Under the pieces are notes generated by a model that was not told where the DNA came from, did no database searches, and was given only the letters and a program-made list of their open reading frames with translations. From the NCBI RefSeq assembly GCF_004010195.1, contig NW_025214918.1, positions 1 to 50,956 on the forward strand: a stretch of DNA of 50,956 nucleotides, written 5' to 3'. Of the stretch, positions 46,862 to 50,956 are shown piece by piece. Origin of the DNA: Chiloscyllium plagiosum (taxonomy: Eukaryota). How positions within the stretch are numbered: position 1 is the first letter of the stretch; every line of letters begins with the position of its first letter. The position numbers were made by a program, and so were the translations under genes.

Positions 46862-47780
46862 AAGGTGGGACTTATCAACCTTCAGACCTAACAGTCTCTC
46901 CAACACCAAATCCTGGCAAATATAAATTCCCTTAAGTTCAGGTCCTTCAGCCACTGTTACCTCAGGGAGATTGCTTGTGTCTTCCCAAGTGAACACAGAT
47001 CTGAAGTTCCCATTTAATTCCTCTGCTATTTCTTTGAACCTAGTAATATATGCCCCTGTTTCTGTCTTCAAGGGCCCAATTTTTGTCCTAACTATTTTTT
47101 TGCCTTGCACATACCGAAAAAAGCTTTTACTATCCTCCTTAATATTCTTGGCCAGTTTACCTTCGTACCTCATTTTTCCTCTGCGTATTTCCTTCTTAGT
47201 AATCCTCTGTTGCTCTTTAAAAGCTTCCCAGTCCTCAGTTTTCGCACTTTTCTTAGCTATGTTATACTTTTTCTCTTTTAACTTTATATGTTTCTTTAAT
47301 TCCCTCGTCAGCCACGGCCGCCCATGCCGCTCCTGGGATCTTTCTTCTTTTAGGAATGAACTGATTCTGCAACTTCTGCATTGTACACAGAAATATCCGC
47401 CATTGTTCCTCCACGGTCATCCCTGCTAAGGTATTGCACCATTGAACTTTGGCCATCTCCTCCCTCATAGCTCCATAATTCCCTTTATTCAGCAGAAGTA
47501 CTGTCACTTCCGACTGTACCCTCTCCCTCTCAAATTGCAGATTGAAGCTTATTGTATTATGGTCACTACTTCCCAATGGCTCCTTCACTTCGAGGTCTCT
47601 CACCAATTCTGGTTCGTTACACAATACCAGATCCAGAATTGCCTTCTCCCTGGCCGGCTCCAGCACCAGCTGCTCTAAGAATCCATCTCTGAGGCACTCC
47701 ACAAAGTCTCTTTCTTGAGGCCCAATACCATCCTGATTCTCCCAGTCTACCTGCATGCCAAAATACCCCATAACAACTCA
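46862..47780 (-). mobile_element. Fairly young CR1 ORF2 internal fragment
   Basis: FVECLRDGFLEQLV.EP.REKAILDLVL...LGSSDHN and YEGKLAKNIKEDSKSFFRY. Confidence 0.95.
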
Positions 47781-47789
47781 TCCAATCCC

Positions 47790-50760
47790 CTCTTGAACAT
47801 GTCCATTGGACATCCATTTACAACACATCCAAGTGTATCCTGACTACTCACCAAATGAAAAGGTTCTTACTTCAATCAGATTTCTCCTGTTGTACATAAC
47901 TTGAAATCTGTGCCCTCTCGTTTTTCCCACCTTTTGGGAGTGGGTACAGTTTTATCCAATCTAATCTATTCAGTCTGCCTATGAGTTTGAAAAACTGCAT
48001 CTGATCTCCTCTTAGCCACCTTTACTTCAGTGAGAACAGGTGCAACATTTTCAGTCTGACTTCGTAACTGATCTTACTTATTCCCAGAAATACTCTTTTA
48101 GATCAGTTCTTCATCCTTTCCAATGTGTTCATAGCAGTCCTATCATGTGACACCCAGGAATGTATACAATACTCCAGTTGAGGTCGAATGTGTTTGATGC
48201 AAATTCAACATCACCTCCTGACTCATGCACTACCAATATTTATTCAGACAGGAACACTGCATGCTTTACCTATGTTTAATGTTCTACAAACTTCATTGAT
48301 CTTTGCACATCCTCTGCTCCAGTATTCCTGCATATTTTATATTGTCTTTTAACGTTCTTGTTGGAAATTTGCATTGTCTCATATTTCAATGATGCCAAAC
48401 TTCATCAATCACCTCTCCACTCTTTCTAAGATGTTGGCGATGTAACTTTAGAGTTCTATAATGTTTTCCTCACAGTTTATAATTTCTTTAAGTGCTGCGT
48501 CAACTGTAAACGTTGAATGGGTCCCTGCACACCAGATGTGCATCGTTCATACATATAAAAATGAATGATGTCCCCAAAACTGAATCCTGCGGAACTTCAC
48601 TGAAAATCTTTCTCCAGCCTGAATTAAAAATCTAGTGACCATTCCTCTCGATTCCTTACCAATCAGTCAATTTTGTTTCCAAATTGATACAGTCCATTTT
48701 ATTCGATGAATGAATGGATGAATGAATGATTTAATGTCAGATATATCGAGGGGAAAAATCGTGAAACACGTTTGTTGCCTGTACCACAAAGATATGTTCA
48801 TCAAAGTTGTACCTTTCGAGTGACAGAGTTTCCTACTCTGTCACCATGGCCTGGGTGGGTTCGGCCACTTTGGTAAAGACAGAGATGAAGTATTCATCTC
48901 ACACTCAGCCATTCCCCTTCTTCTCAGTATAAATCCTCTTTCAAGTGTTGAATCAGCCTTACTCCAACTTTTTGCACGCTCCCTTAGAGGTGTGACAACT
49001 TTATGTTGGCTCTCCGTTTCCTCATAAATCCCTCGGCTGTATCATCTCTACCCTGAACCTTCAGCATTTCTCCTAGTTCACAATTCTGTTCTCTATCTGA
49101 CAGCTATTCAATTGTTCTTCACCTTAACCTTTTGCTCCATTGTCACCGAGGGAGCATTGGGTTTGTTTACCCTGCCTTTCCAGGGTGAGGAACTATTCCT
49201 CGAATGGACCAAAGTCATTGAAGGGAGTCCATTGTTCAAGTTTTCTTTTTCTGACCAACTTGGTGTTCCGGCCATACTTTCCAAGATTCATTCTTGCCCC
49301 ACTGAAGGCAGCACCCAGTCGATAGATTTTTCTCAAACTTAGCATTCTCTACCATCATTCTGAACGTTACAATAAAATGATCATCCTGCCTGAAAATGTT
49401 CCCACCTGATACTGGATCCACTTTCCCCACCACTTTTCCAAGGTAACAGTCCATGGTCCCTTGGGGTGGGCACATACTCCTGCAATAAGCTCTCCTCCAT
49501 GCAATCCGTCACTGCCCAGACACGGTCAGTATCCCAGACTGTATCTGGATAATGCAAGTTTCTTAACACTATCACGTTGCCATCTCTGTATCGTTTTCAC
49601 TAGTTGGCAGCCCACAGACGGTCCCTCACAGTGTAACCGTATAGTTGTGTTTATGAAAGCTCCAGCCAAATTCATTCTGAACTTGGAGGCATCAACTTAA
49701 TCTCAGACTCATTAACTAACACTATCCTGAACCAATACTTCTACACTTCATCCTTTTCTTTCCTTTATATCATTTCTGAATACGTTATACATTGGGCTCC
49801 ATACATCAGGAAGGATGCATTGGCCCTGGAGCAGGTCCAGAGGAAGTTCACAAGAAAAATCCCAGGAATGAAAGGCTTAACAGATGAGGAATGTTTGCGG
49901 GCACTGGTACTATACGTGATGGAGTTTAGAAGGACAAGGGGAGTTCTGATTGAAACTTACAGAATACTGAATGGCTTGGACAGAGTGGACGTTGGGAAGA
50001 TGTTTCCATTGACAGGAGAGACGAGTAACCAAGGGCACAGCCTTCGAGTCAAGGGAAAACCTATTAGATCGGAGATAAGAGGAAACGTCTTCAGCCCGAG
50101 AGTGGGGAATCTGTGGAATTCATTGCCACAGAAGGCTGTGGATGCAGGGTCATTGAGCAGATTTAAAACAAAGATAGAAAAGTTCTTGATTGCCATGAGA
50201 TCAAAGGGGGAAAGAAGGAAAACGGGCTTGAAAAACCGATCAGTCAAATGTGAATGGTGGAGCAGACTTGATGAACACAGTGACATTCTTGATACCACGA
50301 TCCTGGAATTACATCGACAGTCACAGAAACACTGAAACCTTCTTCAATTTCCTGACTGCTCTGTGACTATCGCCCCTTCTTCCTTCTCCCTCCCCTCCTG
50401 TACAGTCAGGCTGCTTGTGGTACCACAGATATGGGTCTGACTGCATCCTCTGAGCAGCCCGCATCTTCATCAGCTTCCAAACTGGGAAACTGAATTGGGA
50501 GGGAGCCTCACCTCCCCTCCCCCCCCCCCCCCCAGGGTAATCCTGTATTCCCTGACCGTATCTCTTGACTGATCACCCATTCCCTTCTTTCTTACAGGCC
50601 GTTATGACAGCAGTGTGATCCCCTCCCTGTATGAGTTATCCACCTAACTCTCAGCATCATAGATGTCTCACAGAATCTCCAGTCATTAACTGAGCTGCAT
50701 GACCCGGTGTTCGTCTCGAACACCAGCAGGGGCTATGACTTCCTAATGTAACAGAAAACG
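47790..50760 (-). mobile_element. Old CR1 LINE remnants, interrupted by a plus-strand CR1
   Basis: Antisense RT, endonuclease and ORF1 motifs; colinear with 31850-35000. Confidence 0.7.
49790..50270 (+). mobile_element. CR1 3' end
   Basis: ALEQVQRKFTRKIPGMKGLTDEECL...RVGNLWNSLPQKAV. Confidence 0.93.
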
Positions 50761-50956
50761 TTTCCCATTTGACCAACCTGCAGTACACAATATAAGCTGA
50801 AACGTGTTTAGTCTTACTCAATGAATTACGTTGGATAAAGTTAATATCAGAGACATACGTTTCACATGCATTCCCTTATCGGTCTGTAGCTGACTGAGAT
50901 TCTTTATTATCCTGATTCAGACTTTCAATTATTACTGATATTTCAGCCTTCAGCCC

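Overview
Eukaryotic, repeat-dominated DNA, almost certainly from a cartilaginous fish. HE1/V-SINE-type SINEs, HER1/CR1 LINEs and the Penelope families seen here suggest a bamboo shark (inference). I found no intact host protein-coding gene; nearly all ORF-track entries are transposon remnants or antisense noise. The main feature is a 5.2-kb, env-less, gamma/epsilon-like endogenous retrovirus (14531-19724). It has both LTRs, a tRNA-Pro PBS, a PPT, a 4-bp TSD, a myristoylated gag, a UGA-C gag/pol junction and an integrase. It has lost most of PR and RT and all of RNase H, yet keeps a decayed 2H-phosphoesterase (CNPase-like HxT...HxS) domain between PR and RT. The window also contains Penelope-like elements with minimal type-I hammerhead ribozymes (two with intact cores), nested insertions, a recent ~973-bp tandem duplication, two pairs of older paralogous blocks, and a decayed purine-rich minisatellite field. 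Assembly gaps lie at 669, 32652-32802 and 38632-38935. Boundaries of old repeats and all identity values are by-eye estimates.
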